This document shows positions 8,642-18,340 of a stretch of DNA of 44,517 nucleotides, piece after piece. The position numbers and the translations under genes are program-made. Under the pieces are notes generated by a model, which did no database searches, had not been told where the DNA came from, and saw only the letters and a list, made by a program, of their open reading frames with translations. The DNA comes from Patescibacteria group bacterium (GTDB taxonomy: Bacteria; Patescibacteriota; Minisyncoccia; Minisyncoccales; Staskawiczbacteraceae). The stretch is from the NCBI GenBank assembly GCA_038065755.1, contig JBBTQJ010000020.1, forward strand, positions 1 through 44,517, written 5' to 3'. Within the stretch, counting starts at the first letter, position 1; each line of letters opens with the position of its first letter.

Positions 8642-9202
8642 ATGTTGACGCATACTGATTTAAAAAAAGGAGTGCAGTTTATTTTTGAGGGACAGCCCTG
8701 GGAGGTTTTAGAGGCCCAGGCAATGAAAATGGCCCAAAGAAGGCCTGTAATACAAAGCAAAATAAGAAACCTGATTGACGGCCGGGCGCAGGAAAGAAAC
8801 TTTCAGCAGGGAGATATTTTTGAAGAAGCCAGCCTGGAAAAAAAAGAGATTAAATTTTTGTACCAAAACAAAGGCCAGTACTTTTTTTGTGAAAAAAACG
8901 ACCCTTCAAAAAGATTTTCTTTTACAGAATCGCAAATTGGCGTCCAGGCAAAATATTTAAAGCCAAATGAGTTTGTAACGGGAATTGTTTTTGAAGAAAA
9001 AATTATAAATTTTAGCCTGCCTATAAAGGTTCAACTAAAAGTCAAAGAGTCTGCCCCCGGGGTCAAGGGCGACCGGGCGCAAGGCGGAACAAAAGAAGCA
9101 ATATTAGAATCTGGCGTGGCCATTCAGGTTCCCCTATTTGTCGAAGAAGGCGACATTATTGAAATAAACACCGAAACCTGCGAATATGTAAGACGGGTAT
9201 AA
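8642..9202 (+). CDS. efp: elongation factor P
   Basis: 186 aa, EF-P-like across all three domains. Confidence 0.9.
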   Translation: MLTHTDLKKGVQFIFEGQPWEVLEAQAMKMAQRRPVIQSKIRNLIDGRAQERNFQQGDIFEEASLEKKEIKFLYQNKGQYFFCEKNDPSKRFSFTESQIGVQAKYLKPNEFVTGIVFEEKIINFSLPIKVQLKVKESAPGVKGDRAQGGTKEAILESGVAIQVPLFVEEGDIIEINTETCEYVRRV

Positions 9203-9215
9203 TTTTAACTACAAC

Positions 9216-9250
9216 AAAAAAACCTCCACTTCAAGGCGGAGGTTTTTTTG
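9216..9250. terminator. bidirectional terminator between the convergent efp and ATPase genes
   Basis: A-run, cctcc...ggagg hairpin, T-run. Confidence 0.6.
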
Positions 9251-9251
9251 T

Positions 9252-11705
9252 TTATTTTAATGGTGGAGTTTGCGTTGGCTGTGTTTCCGCGAAAGAACGT
9301 TGGCTGATTTCTTTTTCAACTTCTTCTTTGGGTTTTCCGTATTTTAATTTTGATATTTTTTTTAAAGACTCCACGATTTCCGGCCTGCCCTGCCGCGTAT
9401 TTACTGTTTCTATTTTGAAAGGAGTGGAAGTTTTGTTATTTAACATCATTTTTATTATCAAACTGCGGTTATCCAAATTAACCAAGTCAAATCTGGAAAA
9501 CTCCGGCTCAAATTGTTTTTCCAAAAATTCTGCGTCTTCCGCCCCTATGCGAAAGCTGGCCATTGTTCCCACATTTCCAAAAACAGCGTTCTTGATTTGG
9601 TCGGTTAATTGGGGAATATACTGGTGGGCCATTATTAAATTTAACTTATATTTTCTGGCCTCAGAAAGAATTGTGGCGATTGAGTCTGTGGTAAAATTTT
9701 GGAATTCGTCAATATATAAATAAAAATCTTTTCTCTCTTCTTCTGCAATTCTTGCTCTTTTCATAGCGGCCATTTGTATTTTTGAAACCAAAATCAAGCC
9801 AAGCAAAGAGCTGTTCACTTCTCCGGTTAGGCCCTTTGACAAATTGGCCAGAAAAATTTTCCTTTCGTCCATAATTTTTGACAAATCAAAAGAAGAGCGG
9901 GACTGCCCGATAATATTTCTCATCATTTCGTTTTCAATAAATCTTCCTACCTTTGAAACAACATAACCCAGCATATCAGATTTTGTAGAACCCGTTGTCT
10001 GCTGCCATTCTTTAAGCCAAAAATTTCTTACAATCGGGTCTGAAACTTTTGCTATTTTTTGCTGCAAAAAGGCGCTATCGGTAAACATTTTTGGTATTTC
10101 CACCAATGTGCCGGAGTTATCTTTGTCTGCCATTAATGCCAGCATAGCGTTTCTCATATAATGCTCAAACATAGGGCCGATAATTTCGGGGGGGAAAAGT
10201 TTGTAAAATATGGCTATCATTTCCTGAACCGCAAAATCTTTTTGTTCAGGACTATCGTGCTCTAACATATTCAAACCCATTGGCCTCTCCTGGTCAAAGG
10301 GTTCAAACAAAACAACATCTTCCATCCTTTCTTTGGTAATGCAAGACAAGGTATATTCAACTAACTCTCCGTGGGGATCTACCACCGCTACCCCTTCACC
10401 GCTTTCAATATCCTGCCTTATCATTTCTTTTAATAGGCCCGTTTTTCCAGTGCCTGTCTGCCCGATAATATAAAAATGCCTTCTTCTGTCGTCTCTGGTG
10501 GCAAAATAAATTTTCTTTTCCTCGTCGCGAAACACGGCCTTGCCAATTAAATTAACGCCCAATTCCGGCAAATCTGAAGGCGGAGCAACAACTCCCGATT
10601 TAACCGATTTAATATATGGAGTTTCTATGAACTGGGTTGGAAAATGATAAATACTGGCAATTTCCTCTAAGTTTAAAATATTTTTTTGCTTTGGATTAAA
10701 ATTCCTAAAACTAAAATCATAAACAAGTTTTCTTAGCTCTCTGCTGTAAACATTTATCGGCTCAAAGCTGTTTATGGCCGACAAAGAAAACTGGCTAAAA
10801 GAACCCGCTAGGTGATTTAAAATTTCTTCCGCCCTTTCTTGGGTTTTTGCAGAAGCAACTAAACGTATATTTGCCTGAAATGCCTGTTTTTGAATTTTAT
10901 TTTGTATAGCGTCATAGTCTTTTTGGTCTATATGCGTTTCTTTCTTTTTTGCGTCTTCAATGTCCTTTTTTTTCGGATCCTGATGGCTTTTAAATATTTC
11001 TGAAAAAATTTCCATTAATGCCGACTGCGAAGCCTCAGATACCGCTGTTCTTGTTGGCTTTCCTTCTCTTATTTTTTTTAAAGCTTTTTCTCCTTTTGCC
11101 CTAAAATTTTCAGCCAATGGCCTGATTATCAGCTGAATAGCCGCTCCTTCATCAGATTTTATTTTGCTTAGATTGTTGGTTATGGCAGAAAGCGGATCTT
11201 TTTCCAGATTCTGGTAAGTGCTGATAGGAAACAGGCTGTTTTCTTTTAGTTTTAAATAAGCGCCTGCTGTTGCCCCTTGCGGTTCAAAAATAGTGTAATC
11301 TTGGGGAATTTTATCCACTATTGCCCTTGGGTAAATTCCCTGCACATATTTTTCAAAAACTGTTTCTAAATATCTGGGAACCGCAACATAAAAAGAAATA
11401 TCCGAGCTTCCAAGTTGAGAGGCAATTTCAAGGGCTGCGCAAGGAATAGGCTGAAACAGTTTTGGTTTTTTTAAATATAAAAAATTGGCAAGAACTTGTT
11501 CCATTTGAGAAATCATTTCTTTTTCCTGCTTTTGCATCAAATCGTCTTTTTTAAAATCGTTTTTTGGCATCATTACCAAAAAAACAGGCATTTCCAGCCC
11601 TCCAAAAACAGCGCTTTTCTGCCGCGCTTCAATATTTATCATTACAGCAAAACCCAACAGGGTCAGAAAAAAGAGCAGAACTAAAATATAAACAACAATA
11701 ATCAT
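9252..11705 (-). CDS. membrane-anchored VirD4/TraD/HerA-like P-loop ATPase
   Basis: N-terminal TM segment; Walker A GQTGTGKTG; Walker B LYIDEFQNF; SEARKYKLNLIMAHQ. Confidence 0.7.
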   Translation of the reverse strand: MIIVVYILVLLFFLTLLGFAVMINIEARQKSAVFGGLEMPVFLVMMPKNDFKKDDLMQKQEKEMISQMEQVLANFLYLKKPKLFQPIPCAALEIASQLGSSDISFYVAVPRYLETVFEKYVQGIYPRAIVDKIPQDYTIFEPQGATAGAYLKLKENSLFPISTYQNLEKDPLSAITNNLSKIKSDEGAAIQLIIRPLAENFRAKGEKALKKIREGKPTRTAVSEASQSALMEIFSEIFKSHQDPKKKDIEDAKKKETHIDQKDYDAIQNKIQKQAFQANIRLVASAKTQERAEEILNHLAGSFSQFSLSAINSFEPINVYSRELRKLVYDFSFRNFNPKQKNILNLEEIASIYHFPTQFIETPYIKSVKSGVVAPPSDLPELGVNLIGKAVFRDEEKKIYFATRDDRRRHFYIIGQTGTGKTGLLKEMIRQDIESGEGVAVVDPHGELVEYTLSCITKERMEDVVLFEPFDQERPMGLNMLEHDSPEQKDFAVQEMIAIFYKLFPPEIIGPMFEHYMRNAMLALMADKDNSGTLVEIPKMFTDSAFLQQKIAKVSDPIVRNFWLKEWQQTTGSTKSDMLGYVVSKVGRFIENEMMRNIIGQSRSSFDLSKIMDERKIFLANLSKGLTGEVNSSLLGLILVSKIQMAAMKRARIAEEERKDFYLYIDEFQNFTTDSIATILSEARKYKLNLIMAHQYIPQLTDQIKNAVFGNVGTMASFRIGAEDAEFLEKQFEPEFSRFDLVNLDNRSLIIKMMLNNKTSTPFKIETVNTRQGRPEIVESLKKISKLKYGKPKEEVEKEISQRSFAETQPTQTPPLK

Positions 11706-11727
11706 TTTAATTTCAAATTCGAAAAAT

Positions 11728-12108
11728 TTATTTCATAAATTTTTTGTAGTACCCCTCTTGCGCTAAAACATCGTGAAAAACATCTAATAAAAAAGGGTCT
11801 TTCATATCTTTGGCAACCCCTACTGCAAAAATTATCCCCTTTTCTCCCGCAATCTCCAACAGGCGCTCTATTTTTTCTTTTTCTCCCAAAAACTCAATTT
11901 TTTTCGCTTTCTTTTTTGCCTCTTCTTTTAAATTTTCGTCCAGCTCCATTTCTTCTATTTCCCTTTTCAGATGATCTGTAATGATTTTTTCCTTTTCTGC
12001 GGCGCTCTCTCTTTTTTTTGCAGTTTCTGTTTCTTCTTTTAAAAACTCCACCCCCTGTTCTCCCAAAAAAATCTCTTTTTTAGTTTTTTCTGTTTTTTTT
12101 TCGTTCAT
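11728..12108 (-). CDS. small acidic coiled-coil protein
   Basis: Start moved to MNEKK (ATG 12108), 2 nt after the stop of the upstream gene. The longer ORF form would overlap that gene by 160 nt. Confidence 0.5.
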   Translation of the reverse strand: MNEKKTEKTKKEIFLGEQGVEFLKEETETAKKRESAAEKEKIITDHLKREIEEMELDENLKEEAKKKAKKIEFLGEKEKIERLLEIAGEKGIIFAVGVAKDMKDPFLLDVFHDVLAQEGYYKKFMK

Positions 12109-12110
12109 AT

Positions 12111-12692
12111 TTAGTTGGTTACAATTAAATCTATTAACGCACTTTTGCCAAAGCTTGTAACTCTTATTTTTAATCCAGCGGAAATTCTTGAAACCTCGTA
12201 AATTTTTGCGCAGGGAATAGGAGCAAAATCCGGCTTTAGCAGATTTCCGCATAAATTTTTTTCTGGCAGCCATTGGTCAACCCCGTTCATTGGAACATAA
12301 TTTCTTCCTTCGGAATCCACTATGTTTTCAATATCCCAGTTGCCGCTCCTGGTGTTTTCTTTTTCTTTGTTTTGCGCCGCTACGGTTACTTTAATAAATT
12401 TTTCTGTGGTTTTTATATCTTCCTGCCATTGAGGATTTTTACTTTGAGACCCCTTTAAAACACTGCCGAAATCTTTTGCTTCCTGAAATATAATCCTAAT
12501 GCCTTCTATTGTTTGTTCGTAAATGGGCTGAGGAACTATATCGTCTGGCGGACGGGTGGATTTTGGCGGGTTTTCAGCTATTCTTATTATAGCATAAGAA
12601 ATTGCCACCGCCACCAAAATTATTATTGCTATTATTAAAAGCGTTCTTGACGCCGCCACTCCAGATGATTTGTTTATTTTGTTTTTAAACAT
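12111..12692 (-). CDS. membrane-anchored extracytoplasmic protein (DUF4352-like)
   Basis: N-terminal TM anchor followed by a beta-rich ectodomain. First gene of the ATPase operon. Confidence 0.5.
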   Translation of the reverse strand: MFKNKINKSSGVAASRTLLIIAIIILVAVAISYAIIRIAENPPKSTRPPDDIVPQPIYEQTIEGIRIIFQEAKDFGSVLKGSQSKNPQWQEDIKTTEKFIKVTVAAQNKEKENTRSGNWDIENIVDSEGRNYVPMNGVDQWLPEKNLCGNLLKPDFAPIPCAKIYEVSRISAGLKIRVTSFGKSALIDLIVTN

Positions 12693-12821
12693 ATTAAAAG
12701 AGTTAAAAGTCTAAAATCAAAAGTTAAAAATATAATATTAAGTTTAAAATTTAATACTTTTAATTTTTGACTTTTAACTTTTAATTTAATAAGTCTGACT
12801 ATTTATTTATTTTACCACACT

Positions 12822-14069
12822 CTATTCATATCTCAAAGCGTCAACTGGTTTTAGTTTGGCGGCGGCTCTGGCTGGAAAAAATCCGGAAATACAACCTATT
12901 AAAAAAGAAAATGTTAAGCTAAACAATATAAGGCCTGGGCCCACGTCTGCTTTTAAGTAAAAAAGCGGATGTATTTGAAAATAGATTTCAATTCCTTTAG
13001 CAAGAAGCATGCCAAGCAATGTTCCGCCTATTCCGCCCAACATCCCAAAAATTCCCGATTCAATTAAAAATATAGTTACTATGGTTTTATTTTTGGCTCC
13101 AATGGCTTTCATAATTCCTATTTCTTTGGTTCTTTCTGAAACCGAGGTGTACATAGTATTCATAATGCCAACTCCGCCGACAATTATGGCAATAGAAGCA
13201 AACCCTATTATTACAGCCTGTATCACCCCCATAACATTTCCCACAATATCTGTTATTTTTTCTGCGGTTAAAATAGTATAAGAAGAATCGCTTTCTCCTT
13301 CTCCTATTCTTCTTTTTCTGTTATACTCAAGCTCTTTTTTTAGATTATCAACAACATTGTCCGCTAAATAACCGTCTTTTATTTTTACAAAAGCCATTCT
13401 TGCCCCTTCCCTTTCTCCAGTAAGCGACTTAAAAATATTTAAATCAACTCCAACCATTGAATCATCTTGTTTTTCTCCTACAGAATTCAAAATGCCAACT
13501 ACTTCAAACTTCCTACCCTTCATCACCAATTCTGACCCTATTTTTATTCCAGAAAACATTTCATTAGCCACTATGCTTCCAATAACCGCTTCATTTTTAC
13601 CCGGTATAGGCCATCTGCCATAATTTATAGACCAGCCCATATCATTTTTATAAATATCCATAGCATTTCTCCAGTCGTTTCCATATATCATAACTGTCTT
13701 TTTTTCATTTTTATACCTAGCTGTAATTGAAGTATGGTTTATCGGAACCACAACTGCCACGCCCTCAGTTTTTTTTATTATTTTTATGTCGTCTTCTGAA
13801 AGTTTTTCTCCGGCAAAAGATGCAATTATATTGCTTGAGTCGCCAGGCAATATTGTAATTAAATCCTTACCCATTTTACCGAGTTGCTGCAAAACAGCGT
13901 TCTTCAACCCTTGGCTTAAAGAAAGCAAAGAAACAATTAGAAAAACGCCAATAACAATGCCAACCGTAGTAAGCCAAGATCGAACCTTTCTGGTAACAAG
14001 GTTTTTAAAAGCTATTTTAAAATATTCTTTTACCCCGTTAGAAAACTCGCTTATATTAAAAATGGGCAT
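12822..14069 (-). CDS. ABC transporter permease, MacB/FtsX family
   Basis: TM1, a large external domain, then three C-terminal TM segments (FtsX-like). Confidence 0.8.
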   Translation of the reverse strand: MPIFNISEFSNGVKEYFKIAFKNLVTRKVRSWLTTVGIVIGVFLIVSLLSLSQGLKNAVLQQLGKMGKDLITILPGDSSNIIASFAGEKLSEDDIKIIKKTEGVAVVVPINHTSITARYKNEKKTVMIYGNDWRNAMDIYKNDMGWSINYGRWPIPGKNEAVIGSIVANEMFSGIKIGSELVMKGRKFEVVGILNSVGEKQDDSMVGVDLNIFKSLTGEREGARMAFVKIKDGYLADNVVDNLKKELEYNRKRRIGEGESDSSYTILTAEKITDIVGNVMGVIQAVIIGFASIAIIVGGVGIMNTMYTSVSERTKEIGIMKAIGAKNKTIVTIFLIESGIFGMLGGIGGTLLGMLLAKGIEIYFQIHPLFYLKADVGPGLILFSLTFSFLIGCISGFFPARAAAKLKPVDALRYE

Positions 14070-14154
14070 ATAATTATGTTTTCAATTACCCGCTATTATT
14101 TTCTAACGGGGTTTAAATTGTTAAAATTTATTTTGAACATTTATTTAGTGAATT

Positions 14155-14868
14155 TTACTTCTCCCACAGCACCTCTTTATCTTTAAAGTGGTTGGCAACG
14201 ATTTCTCCGTCTTGTATATGAATTATATTTTGACTGTAATGAGCAATGTTTGGGTCGTGGGTCACCACTACAATTGTTTTACCCTGCTCTTTGTGCAGTT
14301 TTGTTAAAATTTCCATAACTGTTTTTCCGGTGGAAGAATCCAAGTTTCCGGTCGGCTCGTCGGCAATTAGTATTTCCGGGTCGTTTACTAAAGATCTGGC
14401 TATTGCAATTCTTTGCTGTTCTCCGCCAGAAAGCTCTGTGGGCTTGTGTTTTATTCTGTGTTCTAAATTTACCGAATCTAATAATTTCTTTGCTCTTTCT
14501 TTTCTTCTTGATTCCGGCACGCCCTGAAAAATCATAGGCAACATTACGTTTTCTAAGGCAGAAAAATTTTGAAAAAGATCAAATTGTTGAAAAATAAAAC
14601 CAATTTTCTTTCCTCTTATCTGGGCCAGCTTATCTTCAGAAAATTTAGACACATCTTTATTTTCCAAATATATTTTTCCCAAAGACGGCGTGTCTAAGAG
14701 ACCCAAAAGATACATTAATGTTGATTTGCCCGAACCCGAAGGCCCCATTATGGTCACAAAAGAACCTGGAAGTATTTCCAGGTTTATCCCCTTTAAAACT
14801 TGAAGCTCTAATTTGCCAAGCTTATAGTTTTTGCAGACATTTTCTAACTTTATTAAGGCCTCTGCCAT
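14155..14868 (-). CDS. ABC transporter ATP-binding protein, MacB/LolD type
   Basis: Walker A GPSGSGKST; signature LSGGEQQR; Walker B ILIADEP. Confidence 0.9.
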   Translation of the reverse strand: MAEALIKLENVCKNYKLGKLELQVLKGINLEILPGSFVTIMGPSGSGKSTLMYLLGLLDTPSLGKIYLENKDVSKFSEDKLAQIRGKKIGFIFQQFDLFQNFSALENVMLPMIFQGVPESRRKERAKKLLDSVNLEHRIKHKPTELSGGEQQRIAIARSLVNDPEILIADEPTGNLDSSTGKTVMEILTKLHKEQGKTIVVVTHDPNIAHYSQNIIHIQDGEIVANHFKDKEVLWEK

Positions 14869-14871
14869 ATA

Positions 14872-16380
14872 TTATTTCTTTCCAATAATAACTTCGTCGC
14901 CGATCTTAAGCCCGGAAATAACCTCAAAATAATCATCTCCCTCAAGTCCTGTTTTAATTTCCTTGTTTTCAATTTTATCTGCTTTTTTAATCTGCGCCAA
15001 TTCTATGTTATTTATGCTCTCTACCGCGCTTTTAGAAACCCTCAAAACATTTTCTTTTTCGTTTGTTTTAATAACAATGTCAGCTGTCATTCCGGATTTT
15101 ACTTTATCTTTATTGCCGTCAAAATCTATTGTTATTTCATAATAGACAATATTGTCAATTATTTTTTCTGCCGGATCAACAGAAATAACCTTTCCTGAAA
15201 AAACTTCCCTTGGAAAAGCAATCAGAGAAATCTCTACGGGGTCGTTTACTTTAATATTCACTATGTCCTGTTCATATATATCTGATTTTATTTGAAAAGG
15301 ATTAGAGGAAAGCAAATTAATCGCAGATTCGTTAACCGAAACCACCTCTCCTCTTTTACTATTGATTTTAGTGACTTTCCCGTCTATGGGGCTTCTTAAG
15401 CGCGTATCTTCAATTTGGCTTTGCAATAAACTGACATTTGCTTCTGCTTGTCTTATCTGGGCCTGATATAAATCAACATCTTCCTGCCTTGGTTTTGCCG
15501 TTTTTAAAATTAAGTTGCTTTCTGCTTTTTGAAGAGCTATTTTATACGAAGAAATATTTTGCTGAGAAGTTGTGGCATTAGTTATGGCGGTATTGATGTT
15601 TGTTTTTTGAGTGTCTAAAGATGTTTTGTCTGTTGAAGAAACCTTGGAGTAGTATGTTCCTTCGTCGCACATATCTCGCGCAATTTTTAAAGCGTCATAA
15701 ACATTATTAAAAATTGAAAGCATGCCGGAAACAGCAAGGTCAATATCTTCTTTTTTAGAGCTATTTTTTGCCTTATCTAAATAACTCTTAGCGTCTGCGA
15801 GTTTATTTTGAATAATATTTTTGTTGTCTATTACTTTAATTCCCTGCTGGTCGGTTAAAGAAAAATAACTGCTTTGGATTGAGTTGACCGTCGTATAAGC
15901 GTTATATATTTTAGTATATCCGTCGCTTAGAGTATTAATAGCCGAAGCATAAGCGCTGTTTAAATCGTCTTCTGCCGCATTTTTTGAATCTTCAACGATT
16001 TTAATATCTTCTATGGTAGCGCCATTTAATAATTTATCATACTGCTTGTTAATAACATCCAGGGCAGCCATTGATTCCTGCAACTGTATGCTTAATTGGC
16101 TTGTATTCAGCTTTGCCAAAAGATCTCCTTTTTTTACGTCTTGGCCAACTACAACGTTTATTGTTTCAATTCTTCCGGAATTCTTAAAACCAAGCTCTAT
16201 ATTGTCTGTTGCCCTTACGCTGCCGGTTTCCGAAACCGTCTGAGACACAAGCCCTGTGTTTATTTTTTCTGTAATATAGCCGTTTGTATTTTTCTTGAAA
16301 ATTAAATTAGAAACAAAATATATGGCGATTATTAAAATAATTGCTACTATAAAAAACCACCCTTTTTTAATCTTAAACAT
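14872..16380 (-). CDS. HlyD/MacA-type periplasmic adaptor (membrane fusion protein)
   Basis: N-terminal TM segment, lipoyl-like segments, long coiled coil, beta-barrel C-terminus. Adjacent to the ABC pair. Confidence 0.75.
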   Translation of the reverse strand: MFKIKKGWFFIVAIILIIAIYFVSNLIFKKNTNGYITEKINTGLVSQTVSETGSVRATDNIELGFKNSGRIETINVVVGQDVKKGDLLAKLNTSQLSIQLQESMAALDVINKQYDKLLNGATIEDIKIVEDSKNAAEDDLNSAYASAINTLSDGYTKIYNAYTTVNSIQSSYFSLTDQQGIKVIDNKNIIQNKLADAKSYLDKAKNSSKKEDIDLAVSGMLSIFNNVYDALKIARDMCDEGTYYSKVSSTDKTSLDTQKTNINTAITNATTSQQNISSYKIALQKAESNLILKTAKPRQEDVDLYQAQIRQAEANVSLLQSQIEDTRLRSPIDGKVTKINSKRGEVVSVNESAINLLSSNPFQIKSDIYEQDIVNIKVNDPVEISLIAFPREVFSGKVISVDPAEKIIDNIVYYEITIDFDGNKDKVKSGMTADIVIKTNEKENVLRVSKSAVESINNIELAQIKKADKIENKEIKTGLEGDDYFEVISGLKIGDEVIIGKK

Positions 16381-16435
16381 TTTATTCGTTATTAATTATT
16401 GATAGATTTTACCAAATAATCATTAAAAAAACAAC

Positions 16436-17233
16436 TTATTTTTTAACAATTATCCAGCGCCATTTATTGTATTGGTCTTTGTGAAATTTAAAATTATTGT
16501 ATCCGAATTTTTTTAACATTTTCACAATTTCTTTTTTCTGGAACGGGTCAAATTCCATAAAAATTATTCCGTTTTTATTAAGATGACTTTTTGCATTTTT
16601 CAAAAATTTTCTTATATAAAAAAGCCCGTCCTCTCCCCCAAATAGGGCTGATTTTGGCTCATATTTCAAAACCGATTTTTGAATTTTATTTTTTCTTTTT
16701 TTGGCAATATACGGCGGGTTGACAAAAATTAAATCGTATTTATTTTTTATATTTTTAAAAATATCCGATTGAATTATTTTATATCTTTCCGGTTTAATTT
16801 TGTTTATTTTTAAATTTATCTTTATCTGCTCTAAACAATTTTTATCATTGTCTGCAAAATAAACTTGGCAGTTTTTTATTTTTTTAAAAATTGCAATTCC
16901 AATACACCCTGAACCTGCAAAAATATCCAAAACTTTTATTTTGTTGCTTAATTTTACATCGTCCACCGTATCTTTCTTCATGTTTTTTATGATTTCAATG
17001 GCTTTTTCGGTCCAAAATTCGGTTTCTTGCCTGGGAATCAATGGTCTTTTTGACAAATCAATTTTACATCCCAAAAACTCGGTAAATCCTATTACATAGT
17101 CTATCGGCTCTCCTTTTTTTAAGCGTTCTAAATCTTTTTTAATTTTTTTTGTAAGATAATTTACCCCGCGATGAGCGTCAGTGAATTTTGCGAGGTATTT
17201 TTCTTTTAAAAGCCACTCGATTTCTTTTTTCAT
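16436..17233 (-). CDS. prmC: release factor glutamine N5-methyltransferase
   Basis: [12 protein letters not shown] motif and NPPY motif. Confidence 0.85.
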   Translation of the reverse strand: MKKEIEWLLKEKYLAKFTDAHRGVNYLTKKIKKDLERLKKGEPIDYVIGFTEFLGCKIDLSKRPLIPRQETEFWTEKAIEIIKNMKKDTVDDVKLSNKIKVLDIFAGSGCIGIAIFKKIKNCQVYFADNDKNCLEQIKINLKINKIKPERYKIIQSDIFKNIKNKYDLIFVNPPYIAKKRKNKIQKSVLKYEPKSALFGGEDGLFYIRKFLKNAKSHLNKNGIIFMEFDPFQKKEIVKMLKKFGYNNFKFHKDQYNKWRWIIVKK

Positions 17234-17261
17234 ATTCTATTTTACTTTATCTTAATTTTTA

Positions 17262-17290
17262 AATAAAAAAAAGACCCAATTTTTGGGTCT
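17262..17290 (-). terminator. intrinsic terminator after pyrB
   Basis: agacccaa-ttt-ttgggtct hairpin with an 8-nt U-run on the minus strand. Confidence 0.7.
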
Positions 17291-17331
17291 GCGTTAGCAT
17301 AAATTAACGAAACGCCACTTCTTTAATGTAT

Positions 17332-18288
17332 TTAACTGTCCGGGCTGATAATCATTTTTAGTAATGCCATTCTTGTAAACAATCCGCTGTCAATTTGGTG
17401 CGTAAGATATACTGCCCTCGGGTCGTCATCAACCTCTGGGGTTATTTCGTCTACCTTTGGCAGGGGGTGCATAATAATCGCGTTGCTTCCCATTAAATCA
17501 AGAATTGTTCTGTCAACAATAAAATATCCTAAACTGTGATCGTTTCTATCAAAAGATGTTCCACATTCTTTTTGCGTTCTGGTTTGATAAATAACATCTG
17601 CAAAAGGAGCGACATCTCTCAAATCGGATAATTCTGTAAACCAGACATTGTGGCGCCTGAGATAATCTTTTACATCTTCCCTCATCCTCGCAGATTCCGG
17701 CGAAACAAAATAAATTTTTACGCCGTCAAATTTTCCCAAAAGATACGAAAGCGACCTTACCGTCCTGCCATTGAATAAGTCGCCGACCATAACAAAATCT
17801 TTATTATCTATCTCCGACAACAATTTCAATATGGTTCTTAAATCTAACAATGCCTGCGTTGGATGCTGTCCGGGATGCCGGTCTCCCGCATTTAAAATGG
17901 GAACCTGCGAAACATTAGCTGCTATTTCAGCTCCAATTTCCTGATCGTATCTTAAAACAATAACATCGGGTTTATAACGATTCAAAACTTTAATTGTGTC
18001 TCTTAATGTCTCTCCTTTTTTTGCCGAAGAAAACTCTCTGGCGTTTTCAGTTGAAAATACAACCTTTCCGCCTAAATAATCCATAGCAAATTCAAAAGAT
18101 GATCTTGTGCGAGTGCTTGGCTCATAAAAAAACGATACCATTCTTTTGCCACTTAACAAATTATTTCCGCCTTTGTCAAAAACTTTTTCCATTTCGTCAG
18201 TTAAGGGAAAAAATTCTTGTTCAAGCCACAGTCGGCTGAATTGTTGGGCATAAATAACATGCGGCCATTCTTCAAATTTTATGCACAT
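17332..18288 (-). CDS. pyrB: aspartate carbamoyltransferase catalytic chain
   Basis: STRTR, HPTQ and HPLP motifs. Start set at MCIK (ATG 18288), preceded by AGGAGGG. Confidence 0.8.
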   Translation of the reverse strand: MCIKFEEWPHVIYAQQFSRLWLEQEFFPLTDEMEKVFDKGGNNLLSGKRMVSFFYEPSTRTRSSFEFAMDYLGGKVVFSTENAREFSSAKKGETLRDTIKVLNRYKPDVIVLRYDQEIGAEIAANVSQVPILNAGDRHPGQHPTQALLDLRTILKLLSEIDNKDFVMVGDLFNGRTVRSLSYLLGKFDGVKIYFVSPESARMREDVKDYLRRHNVWFTELSDLRDVAPFADVIYQTRTQKECGTSFDRNDHSLGYFIVDRTILDLMGSNAIIMHPLPKVDEITPEVDDDPRAVYLTHQIDSGLFTRMALLKMIISPDS

Positions 18289-18340
18289 AATTCCCTCCTT
18301 TTCTATTGTCAACGAACACCTGAAAGAACATATTAATTAT

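Noticed and set aside
11728-12273. Long (181 aa) form of the coiled-coil ORF
   Set aside because: Its first 55 codons overlap the end of 12111-12692 in another frame. An internal ATG at 12108, 2 nt after that gene's stop, gives a compact operon.
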